Shown: piece by piece, positions 5,045 through 5,350 of the stretch
How the letters are laid out: the number at the start of each line of letters is the position of its first letter
Numbering within the stretch: the first letter of the stretch is position 1
DNA from: Candidatus Saccharimonadota bacterium
GTDB taxonomy: Bacteria > Pseudomonadota > Gammaproteobacteria > Enterobacterales > Enterobacteriaceae
Length of the DNA: 5,350 nt
Direction of reading: 5' to 3'
NCBI RefSeq assembly: GCF_012571345.1
Contig: NZ_CP046218.1
Location: 168,782 to 174,131 of the forward strand
Notes under the pieces: generated by a model
The model's database searches: none
Told to the model about the DNA's origin: nothing
What the model saw: the letters and a program-made list of their open reading frames with translations, nothing else
Made by a program: the position numbers and the translations under genes

Positions 5045-5350
5045 TTATTTTTTAATATTTAATACTGCTAAAAATATAGATGAAGGTAGTAAAATATTTC
5101 CAATATTTTTCATACGTTTTTTACCTATTTTTTGTTTTTGAATTAATTTTTTTTTTCTACTAATATCTCCTCCATAACATTTAGCAATAACATTTTTACG
5201 TAACGGTTTAATATAAGTACTAGCGATAATTTTAGTACCTACAGCTGCTTGTATTGTAATATCAAATTGTTGTCTCGGAATTAAATTTTTAATTGTATTT
5301 ATTAAAATATGACTAAAAGAATTTATTTTTTCTTTATATATGATAGTTGT
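5045..5350 (-). CDS. lepA: Elongation factor 4 (LepA), C-terminal 101 codons plus stop (the gene continues beyond the right edge)
   Basis: Not in the supplied ORF track because it is truncated by the window edge. The reverse complement in the frame set by position 5350 reads ..[78 protein letters not shown] with TAA at 5047..5045. This matches the highly conserved LepA C-terminal domain as I recall it (..AKCYGGDI(S/T)RK(K/R)KLLEKQKEGKKRMK.IG.V..P..AF...L). It ends 24 nt upstream of lepB, as in the E. coli lepA-lepB operon. Confidence 0.9.
   Translation of the reverse strand, partial: TTIIYKEKINSFSHILINTIKNLIPRQQFDITIQAAVGTKIIASTYIKPLRKNVIAKCYGGDISRKKKLIQKQKIGKKRMKNIGNILLPSSIFLAVLNIKK

Noticed and set aside
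4944-5141. 65-aa plus-strand ORF from the track (MDIILYIQIIPIIYRLYVNIF...), with a GTG start
   Set aside because: It lies antisense to the lepB 5' end, the lepA-lepB spacer and the well-supported lepA 3' end. Its product is low-complexity Ile/Phe/Tyr sequence, as expected from reading AT-rich coding DNA on the wrong strand. It has no Shine-Dalgarno and no recognisable motif.
1-5350. Search for mobile elements, CRISPR arrays, tRNA or other structured RNA genes, toxin-antitoxin or defence modules, or any unexplained large ORF
   Set aside because: Apart from the 381-bp rsmA-djlA spacer, the spacers are only 4-38 nt; everything else is covered by recognisable housekeeping genes. The 381-bp spacer lacks the G/C needed for tRNA or ncRNA stems and has no regularly spaced repeats or terminal inverted repeats.

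Overview
This window is a compact, extremely AT-rich stretch, roughly one-fifth GC by eye (not computed), with a near-GC-free spacer. It holds core housekeeping genes and looks like the reduced genome of an Enterobacterales-derived obligate insect endosymbiont (Buchnera-, Wigglesworthia- or Blochmannia-like; the host lineage cannot be resolved from sequence alone). The proteins are Lys/Ile/Asn/Tyr/Phe-biased. Reading left to right: apaG (5' part, minus strand, runs off the left edge and is absent from the ORF track); rsmA/ksgA (minus); a 381-bp non-coding spacer; djlA (plus); then a co-directional minus-strand block acpS<-era<-rnc<-lepB<-lepA, where lepA is a 3' part running off the right edge and is also absent from the ORF track. 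All calls rest on motif-level matches to E. coli orthologues recalled from memory plus conserved synteny; no alignments were run. I find no RNA genes, mobile elements, CRISPR arrays, defence genes or convincing intrinsic terminators. I see no evidence for a novel biological system: this is an ordinary core region. The points worth a second look all concern genome reduction. (1) pdxA-surA-lptD are missing from their ancestral slot between rsmA and djlA, with a possible relic. (2) recO-pdxJ are missing between era and acpS. (3) A rearrangement junction abuts djlA and acpS tail-to-tail, 25 bp apart. (4) The non-essential co-chaperone gene djlA is retained. (5) Era is C-terminally shortened and starts at a TTG with a strong Shine-Dalgarno site. 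(6) Several genes carry slippage-prone in-frame A9-A10 tracts.
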